Of a stretch of DNA of 64,000 nucleotides, positions 48,317 through 57,642 are shown one piece after another. The DNA is from an uncultured Bacteroidales bacterium (GTDB taxonomy: Bacteria; Bacteroidota; Bacteroidia; Bacteroidales; UBA10428): the NCBI GenBank assembly GCA_963822145.1, contig CAWGGG010000004.1, positions 1,252,972-1,316,971 on the forward strand, given 5' to 3'. Position 1 is the stretch's first letter, and each line of letters begins with the position of its first letter. The notes under the pieces are model-generated. The model made no database searches. It was given only the letters and a program-made list of their open reading frames with translations, and had not been told where the DNA came from. Position numbers and translations under genes: made by a program.

Positions 48317-49177
48317 ATGAGCGAGTCCACCACATCACCAAAACGAATAGCTATTCAGGGCGGATACGGCGCATTTCATGAAATTGCCGCCTATGGCTAT
48401 TTTGAAAATGAAGAGATTGAGATTGTTCCCCGGAATACATTCAAGGACTTGTTCAGTGCTTTAAAACAAGGGAAGGTCGACTACGGGATTACGGCTATTG
48501 AGAATTCCATTGCGGGAAGTATCCTTCCCAATTATACATTGCTGCTTGAATCGAACCTGAAGATTGTTGGCGAAATATACCTTCGTATAAAACAAAATCT
48601 GGTGGCATTGCCAGGTCAGACCATTGCTGATATCCGTGAGGTATATTCACATCCCATGGCCATTTTACAATGTCAACGCTTTTTCGACGATCATCCCGGT
48701 ATAAGGCTTATTGACAGCATCGACACAGCTTTGAGTGCCAAAGAAATCGCTGACAAAAATATGACCGGCGCAGCAGCAATATCTTCAGGCCGGGCTGCAG
48801 AAAAGTATCATCTGTCGATAATTGCAGAGAGTATTGAAACCCATAAAAAAAACTATACACGTTTCCTGATCCTAAAGGGAAAAAATGGAGAGATCCATGA
48901 TGCAGAAGCTGTTAACAAGGCATCACTTACCTTTGCCCTGGCCCATAAGATCGGTGGCCTTTCGAAGGTACTCTCCATCCTGTCCTATTATGAGATCAAC
49001 CTGGCTAAAGTTCAATCGATGCCCATTATTGGCAAGGACTGGGAATACCAGTTCTTTGTGGATGTTGAAATTGACAATTACCAGCATTATTATCAGGCCA
49101 TTGAAGCTATTAAACCGTTTACCAGCGGTCTTCAGATTCTTGGTGAGTATTTAAAAGGTAAATCAATCATGGAATAA
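48317..49177 (+). CDS. pheA: Prephenate dehydratase (with a C-terminal ACT domain)
   Basis: 286-aa ORF. Motif IAIQGGYGAFHEIAA plus PDT and ACT organisation. Confidence 0.88.
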   Translation: MSESTTSPKRIAIQGGYGAFHEIAAYGYFENEEIEIVPRNTFKDLFSALKQGKVDYGITAIENSIAGSILPNYTLLLESNLKIVGEIYLRIKQNLVALPGQTIADIREVYSHPMAILQCQRFFDDHPGIRLIDSIDTALSAKEIADKNMTGAAAISSGRAAEKYHLSIIAESIETHKKNYTRFLILKGKNGEIHDAEAVNKASLTFALAHKIGGLSKVLSILSYYEINLAKVQSMPIIGKDWEYQFFVDVEIDNYQHYYQAIEAIKPFTSGLQILGEYLKGKSIME

Positions 49178-49178
49178 A

Positions 49179-50264
49179 ATGAAAGTAACATTAAAACTAG
49201 AGAAATTTGAATTCAAAGGTGTTCCGAAAGAAAGACCATTGATGATGGCTGGTCCGTGCAGCGCTGAAACCGAAGAACAGGTCATGACCACTGCAAGACA
49301 GCTGAAGGATTATGGTATCCGCATATTCAGAGCCGGGCTCTGGAAACCCCGTACAAGACCAAATGCTTTTGAAGGTGTTGGAAAGGAAGGGTTGCCCTGG
49401 CTGAGGCGGGTAAAAGAGGAACTGGGCATGTATACAGCTACTGAAGTAGCCAACGTCAAGCATGTTTATGATGCCCTGAAGGCCGGAATTGATATCATCT
49501 GGTTGGGCGCAAGAACAACAGCAAATCCTTTTGCAGTGCAGGAAATTGCTGATTCCCTCCGTGGTGTGGACGTACCGGTCCTTGTCAAAAATCCGATCAA
49601 CCCGGATGTGGAGCTTTGGATCGGGGCATTTGAAAGGTTGAACAGTGCCGGTATCCATAAACTGGCAGCCATCCACCGGGGATTTTCAATCTACAGCAAG
49701 ACCCTATACCGGAATAATCCGCAGTGGGAGATTCCAATCGAATTAAAGCGGTTGATTCCGGACCTGCCTATCATTACTGATCCCAGTCATATCTGCGGCA
49801 GTCGTGAATTGTTGTTTGAAATATCACAGAAAGCCATGGACCTTGATTTTGACGGTCTTATTGTAGAAACACACTGCAATCCCGATCAAGCCCTGAGTGA
49901 CGCACAACAGCAGCTTACTCCGGAAAACCTTAACAAATTAATCTCCAGGCTGGTGCTCAGAAGTGCCAGCATACAAAATAATGTATTACTTTCGACCCTG
50001 GAAGAACTGAGACACGAGATTGACAAATATGATGATAAGCTGATGGAGATTTTTGAACACCGTATGGCCGTTTCGCGCAAAATAGGTCAGTATAAAAAGC
50101 AGAACAGCATTACCATCTTGCAGACCACCCGTTGGGATGAAATCATCCGGAATAAAATTGATCAGGCTGCTAAAAAAGGTTTGGGCGAGGAATTCATTAT
50201 AAAAATTTTCCGTGCTATTCACGAAGAATCCATTAATCACCAGACCCGTGTAATGAATGAATAG
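49179..50264 (+). CDS. Bifunctional 3-deoxy-7-phosphoheptulonate (DAHP) synthase (type I-beta) / chorismate mutase
   Basis: 361-aa ORF. DAHPS/KDO8PS-like N-terminal part (MMAGPCSAE...IFRAGLWKPRT...). C-terminal CM type 2 helices (LEELRHEIDKYDDKLMEIFEHRMAVSRKIGQYK). Confidence 0.88.
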   Translation: MKVTLKLEKFEFKGVPKERPLMMAGPCSAETEEQVMTTARQLKDYGIRIFRAGLWKPRTRPNAFEGVGKEGLPWLRRVKEELGMYTATEVANVKHVYDALKAGIDIIWLGARTTANPFAVQEIADSLRGVDVPVLVKNPINPDVELWIGAFERLNSAGIHKLAAIHRGFSIYSKTLYRNNPQWEIPIELKRLIPDLPIITDPSHICGSRELLFEISQKAMDLDFDGLIVETHCNPDQALSDAQQQLTPENLNKLISRLVLRSASIQNNVLLSTLEELRHEIDKYDDKLMEIFEHRMAVSRKIGQYKKQNSITILQTTRWDEIIRNKIDQAAKKGLGEEFIIKIFRAIHEESINHQTRVMNE

Positions 50265-51293
50265 ATGAAAACCATAGAGATTAACACTGATGCAAAAGTT
50301 TCCAGAATCATTATCGGTGAAAGTCTAAAAAACCTTTCCGCTTATGTCCCGTCCGGTAAGGCAATCATTATTACTGATGTAACCTTACACAGGATATACG
50401 GGAAAGACTTTCCGCCCTTTCCGGTAATTGCCATGGGTTTGGGCGAGTCCCATAAAACCCTTGAAACACTTGCATACATTTTTGAAAGGCTCATTGAATA
50501 TGAGACTGACCGGTCGACCTTTATTATAGCCATTGGTGGCGGGATTGTATGCGATGTGGCTGGTTTTGCGGCCTCAGTTTATATGCGCGGCCTGCACTTT
50601 GGCTTTGTTTCCACCACCCTGCTTTCACAGGTTGATGCCAGTGTGGGCGGAAAAAATGGTGTTAATTTTCTGGGTTATAAAAACATGCTGGGTGTTTTTA
50701 ACCAGCCTGATTTTGTGCTTGTTGACACCGGTATGCTTCAGACCCTTGATCAAAGGGAATTTCGCTCAGGCTTTGCTGAAATAGTAAAGGCCGCTGCCAT
50801 TAAGGATGCTTCCCTTTTCAGCTACCTGGAGAATCATCACCAGGATGCCCTTGTGAATAATACTGACGTTCTGGAAAAACTCATCTATGAGGCCGTTCTA
50901 ATCAAGTCGCAGGTGGTACAGCAAGACGAAAAGGAAAAAGGGGAAAGGAAAAAGCTCAATTTCGGACATACCTTTGCCCACGCCATTGAAAGGAAAACAG
51001 GGATGTTGCATGGTGAAGCTGTTAGTATTGGAATGGCCCTTGCAGCAGCATTTTCAGTAAAACTGGGCTTCTTGCAGCAATCGGAATCCGACCGTATCTC
51101 TCAGATCCTCAATAGCCTGAAACTGCCTACAAAATGGGAAAAAAACTGTTCGGATCTGGTTTCCGACATGAAAAAAGATAAAAAACGTGAGGGCGACTAT
51201 TTGCATATGGTTTTTTTAAGTCATATCGGCAATGCCCTAATTGAAAAGATCTCATTTAATCATTTGGAAAAACTTAGTCATGATTTGTGCTAG
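50265..51293 (+). CDS. aroB: 3-dehydroquinate synthase
   Basis: 342-aa ORF. Motifs IAIGGGIVCDVAGFAAS, VDASVGGKNGVN and NFGHTFAHAIE. Confidence 0.9.
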   Translation: MKTIEINTDAKVSRIIIGESLKNLSAYVPSGKAIIITDVTLHRIYGKDFPPFPVIAMGLGESHKTLETLAYIFERLIEYETDRSTFIIAIGGGIVCDVAGFAASVYMRGLHFGFVSTTLLSQVDASVGGKNGVNFLGYKNMLGVFNQPDFVLVDTGMLQTLDQREFRSGFAEIVKAAAIKDASLFSYLENHHQDALVNNTDVLEKLIYEAVLIKSQVVQQDEKEKGERKKLNFGHTFAHAIERKTGMLHGEAVSIGMALAAAFSVKLGFLQQSESDRISQILNSLKLPTKWEKNCSDLVSDMKKDKKREGDYLHMVFLSHIGNALIEKISFNHLEKLSHDLC

Positions 51294-51918
51294 CATAGCA
51301 GAAAAAAATGTGGAAAAGTGCATTCAGGCACTTGATATGGTTGAAATGGCTGAAATCAGGATCGATCTCGCGGAATTCAACAATGATGAAATCCGGTCGG
51401 TATTTTCAAGACGAAAAAAAACAATTGCCACCTGCAGACCAGGAAAAATAAGAGAGGAAGAACGCGTGGAAATTCTGAAAATTGCCATTGAATCCGGTGC
51501 AACATTTGTAGATATTGAATACGAGGCCACTCCGGAATACAAAAATGATCTCATTGAATTTGCCCACAGTCATCAGTGCGACGTCATCATTTCCTATCAC
51601 AACTACGACAGGACTCCCGAACTGGATGAACTTGAAGAAATTGTTAAAAGCTGTTATACTCAGGGCGCGGACCTCGCCAAGATTGCCACACACATTAATG
51701 TTAACCGCGATAATTCAAAGATCCTGTCGCTTTACAAAGCACCTGGCAGACTGGTTGCGATAGGCATGGGTGACCTGGGAAGAATCAGCCGGATCGTAGC
51801 CCCCTTCCTGGGAGCTGAGTTTACTTATGCCGCGCTCAATGAGGATGAAGCCACTGCGCCGGGACAGATAAGCTATGAACGACTCAATAAGTTTATTCTT
51901 GAAATTCAACAAATTTGA
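51280..51918 (+). CDS. aroD: Type I 3-dehydroquinate dehydratase
   Basis: Start chosen at the ATG at 51280 (MICASIAEKN...), which overlaps the aroB end by 14 nt. The track start at 51241 lies deeper inside aroB. Motifs: EIRIDL, ISYHNYDRTP, DLAKIA, MGDLGRISR. Confidence 0.8.
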   Translation: MICASIAEKNVEKCIQALDMVEMAEIRIDLAEFNNDEIRSVFSRRKKTIATCRPGKIREEERVEILKIAIESGATFVDIEYEATPEYKNDLIEFAHSHQCDVIISYHNYDRTPELDELEEIVKSCYTQGADLAKIATHINVNRDNSKILSLYKAPGRLVAIGMGDLGRISRIVAPFLGAEFTYAALNEDEATAPGQISYERLNKFILEIQQI

Positions 51919-51924
51919 CCCTGT

Positions 51925-52932
51925 ATGAATAGTTTTGGAAAAATATTCAGGATCAGCATTTTCGGGGAATCCCATGGCACACATGTCGGGATTACCCTGG
52001 ATAATTGTCCTGCCGGATTGCCGCTCAAAACAGAAGACTTTCTGACAGAACTTGCACGCCGCCGCAGCGGAGCAAAAGGTACTACGCCCCGTAAGGAGGC
52101 TGATCTGCCACACATTATCAGCGGTGTGTTCAATGAACATACCACGGGTGCTCCCATAACCATCATATTTGAAAATACAAATACAAGATCGCGTGATTAT
52201 ACTGCGCTTCGGGACACACCACGACCGGGCCATGCCGATTTCGTGGCACTGAAAAAGTATGGGGGGTTTGAGGATTATCGGGGTGGCGGACATTTTTCAG
52301 GACGTCTCACCCTGGGATTGGTTGCTGCAGGAGTTATCGCCCGAAAGTTATTATTGCCAGCGACCATTCATGCCCATATACTGGAAGTGGGTGGTAGTGT
52401 AAACATCGATGAAGCTATTGAACGGGCTGAGGAAAAGCAGGATTCCATAGGTGGAATCATCGAATGTTCAGCTAAGAATATGCCTGTTGGTATGGGTGAA
52501 CCATTTTTTGATTCCATGGAATCGGTGCTCAGTCACATGATGTTTTCAATACCCGCAATTAAAGGAATTGAATTCGGTTCAGGTTTCGCAGCGGCAAAAA
52601 TGTGGGGCAGCGATCATAATGATAAAATCATATCACCGGATGGCCTTACCGCAACCAATCATTCCGGGGGTATCAATGGCGGAATCAGTAATGGCAATGA
52701 TCTGGTATTCAGGGTTGTGGTCAAGCCTACTTCCAGCACTCACCAGAAACAGACTACCATCAACCTCCGGAGCGGAACCATGGTGGACCTTGAAATTGAG
52801 GGCCGTCACGACACCTGTATCGCCCTCAGGGTACCCGTTGTAGTGGAGGCTGCCACAGCCATTGTACTGGTAGATCTGATGATGCAGTCGCAGTTGATTC
52901 CGAGAATAGCAGTCAAGGCTGCAGACTATTAA
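51925..52932 (+). CDS. aroC: Chorismate synthase
   Basis: 335-aa ORF. Motifs FGESHG, GRHDTC and the N-terminus MNSFGKIFRISIFGESHG. Confidence 0.9.
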   Translation: MNSFGKIFRISIFGESHGTHVGITLDNCPAGLPLKTEDFLTELARRRSGAKGTTPRKEADLPHIISGVFNEHTTGAPITIIFENTNTRSRDYTALRDTPRPGHADFVALKKYGGFEDYRGGGHFSGRLTLGLVAAGVIARKLLLPATIHAHILEVGGSVNIDEAIERAEEKQDSIGGIIECSAKNMPVGMGEPFFDSMESVLSHMMFSIPAIKGIEFGSGFAAAKMWGSDHNDKIISPDGLTATNHSGGINGGISNGNDLVFRVVVKPTSSTHQKQTTINLRSGTMVDLEIEGRHDTCIALRVPVVVEAATAIVLVDLMMQSQLIPRIAVKAADY

Positions 52933-52940
52933 CTGAATTT

Positions 52941-52988
52941 AACAACAACAACCAACAACCAACAACTAACAACTTACAACTATTAACT
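52941..52988 (+). repeat. Tandem heptamer array (AACAACY-type, about 7 units) between aroC and tyrA, flanked by a 14-bp direct repeat
   Basis: aacaac aacaacc aacaacc aacaact aacaact tacaact attaact. The direct repeat ACTATTAACTGAAT lies at 52925-52938 and 52979-52992. Confidence 0.95.
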
Positions 52989-52993
52989 GAATA

Positions 52994-53770
52994 ATGAAAA
53001 TCTTAATACTCGGTGCCGGCAAAATGGGTTCGTGGCTGATTGAATCACTGTGTCTCGACTATGAAGTTGCCGCCTATGATAATGATCTTACGCGGCTCAG
53101 GTACTTTTTCAACACCGCAAAACTGGTTTCCTATGAAGAAATACGAAGTTTCAACCCCGATATGGTCATAAATGCCGTTAACCTCGAAAGAACGGTTCCT
53201 GTTTTCCAGGAAATCCTACCCTATTTGGGCAAGAACTGCATCCTGGCCGATATTACTTCTGTCAAGAACGGATTACAGCGGTTCTACCCTGAATCGGGTC
53301 GAAGGTATGTTTCCACCCACCCCATGTTCGGGCCTACTTTTGCCAACCTCAAGGACCTTACAGGCCACAGCGCCATAATCATCCGTGAATCCGATGAGGA
53401 AGGCAAAGCCTTCTTCAGGAATTTCTTCGAATCCTTTAATCTGAATATTTTTGAATACTCTTTCACGGAACACGATCAAACCATTGCTTATTCGTTATCG
53501 ATACCCTTTGCTTCTACCATGATCTTCGCCGCCTGCATGAAAAAACAGGAGGCACCGGGCACAACTTTCCGGAAACACCATGAAATAGCCAAGGGACTTT
53601 TATTCTCCGAGGATGATTTCCTTCTTTCAGAAATTATGTTCAGTCCCTTTACCCTGGAGCAGCTCGAAAAAATCAGCGATCAGCTGGAACACCTCAGGGA
53701 AATTATCAAAGAGAAGGATACCGCCAAAATGAGACAGTTTTTAAGTTCTTTGCGCAAGAATATCCGGTAG
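52994..53770 (+). CDS. tyrA: Prephenate dehydrogenase
   Basis: 258-aa ORF. Rossmann motif MKILILGAGKMGSW and HPMFGP. Confidence 0.8.
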   Translation: MKILILGAGKMGSWLIESLCLDYEVAAYDNDLTRLRYFFNTAKLVSYEEIRSFNPDMVINAVNLERTVPVFQEILPYLGKNCILADITSVKNGLQRFYPESGRRYVSTHPMFGPTFANLKDLTGHSAIIIRESDEEGKAFFRNFFESFNLNIFEYSFTEHDQTIAYSLSIPFASTMIFAACMKKQEAPGTTFRKHHEIAKGLLFSEDDFLLSEIMFSPFTLEQLEKISDQLEHLREIIKEKDTAKMRQFLSSLRKNIR

Positions 53771-53772
53771 TT

Positions 53773-55005
53773 TCAACGGCAGTTTTCGATAATATACTTA
53801 ATGGCGCGGTTTTCACCCATACCTCTCGCCCTTTCCAGGTCAGAGCAACCATTTTCTTTATCGCCTGATTCCATCTTGGCGACTCCAAGGTACATCCAGG
53901 TTTCTGCGTCATCGGGATTCAGGTCAAGAGACATGGACAAATCCCCGATCGCGTAACGGTATGTAGTAGTTTTTAAATAAGTTTTACCCCTTGATTTATA
54001 GTAGTCACTGTTATTAGGGTCTTCTTTGAGATTCCTGTTGAAATATTTCAGTGCGTTGATATAATCTCCGGCTTCATAACAGTATTCGCCACATTGATGA
54101 CCGGCTTGCTGGTCATTTTCGAAGTATTTCAGGTAAAACAACATATCCTTAATGGCTGGCTCCCATGACTGCATAGCTGCGTATGCCGCTGCACGCTGCG
54201 GGTAAAGGTTAAAAGCGGCTGGATCAAGCCTGATGGCCTTATTAAAATCATTCACGGCATCCCGGTATCTTCCGGCCATAAAATAGGCCTGCGCCCGTTG
54301 CGGATATATTTTTGTGAAGTTTTTATCCAGATCCAGCGCTGCAGAATAGTCGGAAAGTGAAGCAGCATAGTTACCCAGTTCAAACATCACAGTCCCCCTG
54401 AGGGCCAGCAATTTAACATTATCCGGTGATGCTTCCAGGGCGATTGTGAGTAAGGAACCTGCTTCATCGAACGATTTTCTTTTACAGTAATAAGCCGCCT
54501 CGGCAGTGATCTTTTCTTCCTTACTATACCAATCCTGCTCCCATAAGGCTTCCCAATCAGCGGTTGCCTGTAATCTGTCAAAGGCCGGATCCTTTTTAAG
54601 GCTGTCCTCAGGTAACCTGAATTCAGATTGGAGATGGCGCTTTAAAAAAGCAATGGCATCTGCACTTTCTCCTGAAACAGCATAGACACGGGCCAGCCAG
54701 ATATCAGCAATGCCCGGGTAGATTAAATTCGCCTCTATAAAATCTTCAGCTGCAGCAGGATAATCCTTAAGCTGCAGCAGCGATGTGCCTCTCTTAATAA
54801 ATATCTGTTCATCAGCATTATTACGGGATATCGCTGCTGAGAAACCCTCGACCGCCTTCTGATACTCCCCTTTCCTTAAACTTGCGGAGCCCGAAAGATA
54901 AGCTGCATCAGGAGTTTGTGAGTAAGCATGGCTCCAGGTGGCAATAAAGGCCATTATAAAGGCAACTGCCAGTAAATTTTTATTTTGTTTCTGTCTCACC
55001 TGCAT
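53773..55005 (-). CDS. Secreted tetratricopeptide-repeat (TPR) protein
   Basis: 410-aa ORF with a signal peptide and many TPR-like A..Y/A..A repeats. Its start overlaps the upstream T9SS gene by 26 nt. Confidence 0.75.
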   Translation of the reverse strand: MQVRQKQNKNLLAVAFIMAFIATWSHAYSQTPDAAYLSGSASLRKGEYQKAVEGFSAAISRNNADEQIFIKRGTSLLQLKDYPAAAEDFIEANLIYPGIADIWLARVYAVSGESADAIAFLKRHLQSEFRLPEDSLKKDPAFDRLQATADWEALWEQDWYSKEEKITAEAAYYCKRKSFDEAGSLLTIALEASPDNVKLLALRGTVMFELGNYAASLSDYSAALDLDKNFTKIYPQRAQAYFMAGRYRDAVNDFNKAIRLDPAAFNLYPQRAAAYAAMQSWEPAIKDMLFYLKYFENDQQAGHQCGEYCYEAGDYINALKYFNRNLKEDPNNSDYYKSRGKTYLKTTTYRYAIGDLSMSLDLNPDDAETWMYLGVAKMESGDKENGCSDLERARGMGENRAIKYIIENCR

Positions 55006-57604
55006 ATCCTTCTACGTAAACGTGAATAAATCCCACGATTGTCCTGATCTCTACTCCACTTATTCTTGGTTCATATACATCGCATATATAATAATAAACT
55101 CCTGAAGAGACCTTGTTGTTTGAGTTCCTGTAATTACCCTCCCAGTTAATGGCGGGATCACTGGTATCGTAAACAAGCTGTCCATAACGGTTGAAAATCT
55201 TCATATCAACCTTTTCAACAACGTTATTGAGGTTGTTTGAAACAAACTTGTCGAAGATTCCGTCGCCGTTTGGAGTAAATACATTGGGCAATTCATACAT
55301 AATGCATTGATCAACGCAGATCCGCGTGGAAAAAGTGCTTTCATTCTCAAAAGAATCCACTGCTGTCACGGCATAGCAGCCAGCCAGCATGAATCCTTCG
55401 TTCATCTGGTGGTAAAAGACGGTGTCAGTGGCCGGAGATACACTGGTAAGTGAATCCAGGGGTGTTGCAACATCCGGAGAATAATAGATGTTATAGCGAA
55501 TTACATCATCCGAACAAGTACGGTTCGGATTGGTCCAGGTAAGGACATTCATCAAACTGTCGCAACGCGATTCGACTGTTAATAAAGGCGGGCACGGAGC
55601 AGTGACATCAACAGGGGTACCGCAACTGACATGTGATAGATTGGCATTTGTAAAGTTAACACCATCAATAGGTCTCCAGCCAATACTTTTCACCTGATAG
55701 CAATACGTTTCACCATTCTTTAATCCTTTATCAATAAAAATATTGTCCTCGGACATCGCAATGGAATCAAAATCCAGGCTGGCATTCTGCCGGTAGATCA
55801 CATACCGGTCATTGATCCAGGGGGCTTTCTTTCTGATATCAAGCGTTAACTGGTTATCCTCGGGAGTAATTAGGATATAGAGCGATGAAGCTGTTTCACT
55901 TTCTCCCGGCTTCATTTCAAAACGGTTGCCTGGTGTGTTATTGAACATAATCACCCTGTAATAATAAGGATATCTGATGGTGTTGCGTGGTGAATCGATG
56001 AAGGTAGTATCATTCAGATTCAAGGTCTGAACGGAATCAATCAGTATAAAATCATTCGGATCCGGAGTATCGGAACGATAAATCAGGTAAACATAGGGCC
56101 CTGGCGCGGCAACCGGATCAAAATTCCGTGGTTTGGCCCAGGATATAAAAATGCTTCCGGAAGCTTCATCCACCCGGGTCACGCTGACATTAAGAAGGGA
56201 TGGAAACCCGGGTACAAGGGAACTGCAGGTTTCATTTGAAACAAAACTTTCGCTTCCATCATGATAATAAGCAGTGACCAAATAGCAATAATCGATGCCC
56301 TGTATCAATCCCTCTCCATTATTGTCATCCGTAAAGGCAGTGCCGTTCTTCCCTTCTGTTCTGGCGATCTTTACAAAGCCCGTGTAAGACGGTACGCCAT
56401 TTTCACAACTGTCCGGGGTAAATCCGAAGCTGCTTTCACGCCGGTAAATGTAATAGCCCAGAACATTCCCGCAATTGTTCTGATCCCAGGTCAGGTCAAT
56501 CTCAGAACTGGTGGAAGTTGCCTGAAGGTTTTCCGGGCCCGGAGCCAGAACCCTGATCGTAAAATTATCAATATCCACCAGGCTGATATCATTGTTGATA
56601 TCTTCGGCTTTGAGGGTGACCTGGTATGGCTGATTCCGGATGTGATCGCAAGTGGTCTGCCAGCTGAAATTGTAAGTTGCAAATCCTCTGCCGGATGCTA
56701 CATGGGTAAAAGTTGCAGGAGAGTTCTCCACAATAAATGGGCCCCCATTCATATTCAGAATGATAGAATCATTATCCATATCGGTGGTAGTCACCTGAAA
56801 CTCAACCAAAGCGCCAGCAGTAAAACAAAGATCAGTCAGGGGAGGATTAACCGGTGGATTATTGTCAGTTTTATAAACATCGATCTGCATATCCCGGACA
56901 ATATTGCCGATTTTCACACCCTGCCGCCATTCTTCGATGTTCATGGCCACATTGTATTTCCCGGTATCGGTTGGTGTATACCATACCAGGTCACCCACAA
57001 CGGGGTCCACATAAAATGTATCGCTGAACGTCGGAAGCACATAACTGGAAATGGGTTTACCATCCTGTCCGGTACAAACTGTCAGCTTGTAGGAAAGGCT
57101 GTCTCCGTCGGGATCAAAAGCCGCGGGATTGTGGATAAAAATATGTCCCAGTGCGGCCTTGTCAATAGGATAATTCAACAATACCGGGGTGCTGTTGTTC
57201 CCAATTTCAGGGCTTATGATCAGGGTGGTCTTGATCGAAAATATTACATCCACCGAATTCGGAATATTATTAATGCCATAATTTCGGTTCGGATCCTGCA
57301 TTAAAACCTGATAAATGCCCGGACCCGGAAAAGTATGTGTTGTGATGTATTTGTTCCAGTAATAGTAATTTGGCAGTTCAATTCTGCTGTCGAGGCCGAC
57401 AACTGAAGACGAGTTATCACCCCATTCAACCGTCAGTTGTGAGCGGTTAGCAGCACTCAGGGTATACGTAAAGGTTGTTACGGTAACCTCATAGGTATAA
57501 CCTGCCACCTGTTTGAATGTAATCTCCCCTGCCCTGTTATGCGTGGCAAAAAGCATGGCAGGCAGCAGTAAGAGTGCAGAAAATATGAAAACGCATTTTT
57601 TCAT
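54980..57604 (-). CDS. T9SS type B sorting-domain (gliding-motility C-terminal domain) surface protein
   Basis: 874-aa ORF with a signal peptide. The C-terminus is NVFTPNGDGIFDKFV...MKIFNRYGQLVYD...GVYYYICDV. Confidence 0.85.
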   Translation of the reverse strand: MKKCVFIFSALLLLPAMLFATHNRAGEITFKQVAGYTYEVTVTTFTYTLSAANRSQLTVEWGDNSSSVVGLDSRIELPNYYYWNKYITTHTFPGPGIYQVLMQDPNRNYGINNIPNSVDVIFSIKTTLIISPEIGNNSTPVLLNYPIDKAALGHIFIHNPAAFDPDGDSLSYKLTVCTGQDGKPISSYVLPTFSDTFYVDPVVGDLVWYTPTDTGKYNVAMNIEEWRQGVKIGNIVRDMQIDVYKTDNNPPVNPPLTDLCFTAGALVEFQVTTTDMDNDSIILNMNGGPFIVENSPATFTHVASGRGFATYNFSWQTTCDHIRNQPYQVTLKAEDINNDISLVDIDNFTIRVLAPGPENLQATSTSSEIDLTWDQNNCGNVLGYYIYRRESSFGFTPDSCENGVPSYTGFVKIARTEGKNGTAFTDDNNGEGLIQGIDYCYLVTAYYHDGSESFVSNETCSSLVPGFPSLLNVSVTRVDEASGSIFISWAKPRNFDPVAAPGPYVYLIYRSDTPDPNDFILIDSVQTLNLNDTTFIDSPRNTIRYPYYYRVIMFNNTPGNRFEMKPGESETASSLYILITPEDNQLTLDIRKKAPWINDRYVIYRQNASLDFDSIAMSEDNIFIDKGLKNGETYCYQVKSIGWRPIDGVNFTNANLSHVSCGTPVDVTAPCPPLLTVESRCDSLMNVLTWTNPNRTCSDDVIRYNIYYSPDVATPLDSLTSVSPATDTVFYHQMNEGFMLAGCYAVTAVDSFENESTFSTRICVDQCIMYELPNVFTPNGDGIFDKFVSNNLNNVVEKVDMKIFNRYGQLVYDTSDPAINWEGNYRNSNNKVSSGVYYYICDVYEPRISGVEIRTIVGFIHVYVEGYAGETETK

Positions 57605-57642
57605 CCAGACAAAGTTAGTAATTCCTGTAAATTGCGGACACC

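Noticed and set aside
51715-52293. A 192-aa minus-strand ORF across the aroD/aroC junction.
   Set aside because: It is antisense to two strongly supported shikimate-pathway genes.
56261-57304. A 347-aa + strand ORF.
   Set aside because: It lies entirely antisense to the well-supported T9SS type-B cargo gene (54980-57604). It has no recognisable motif and a biased composition typical of shadow ORFs.
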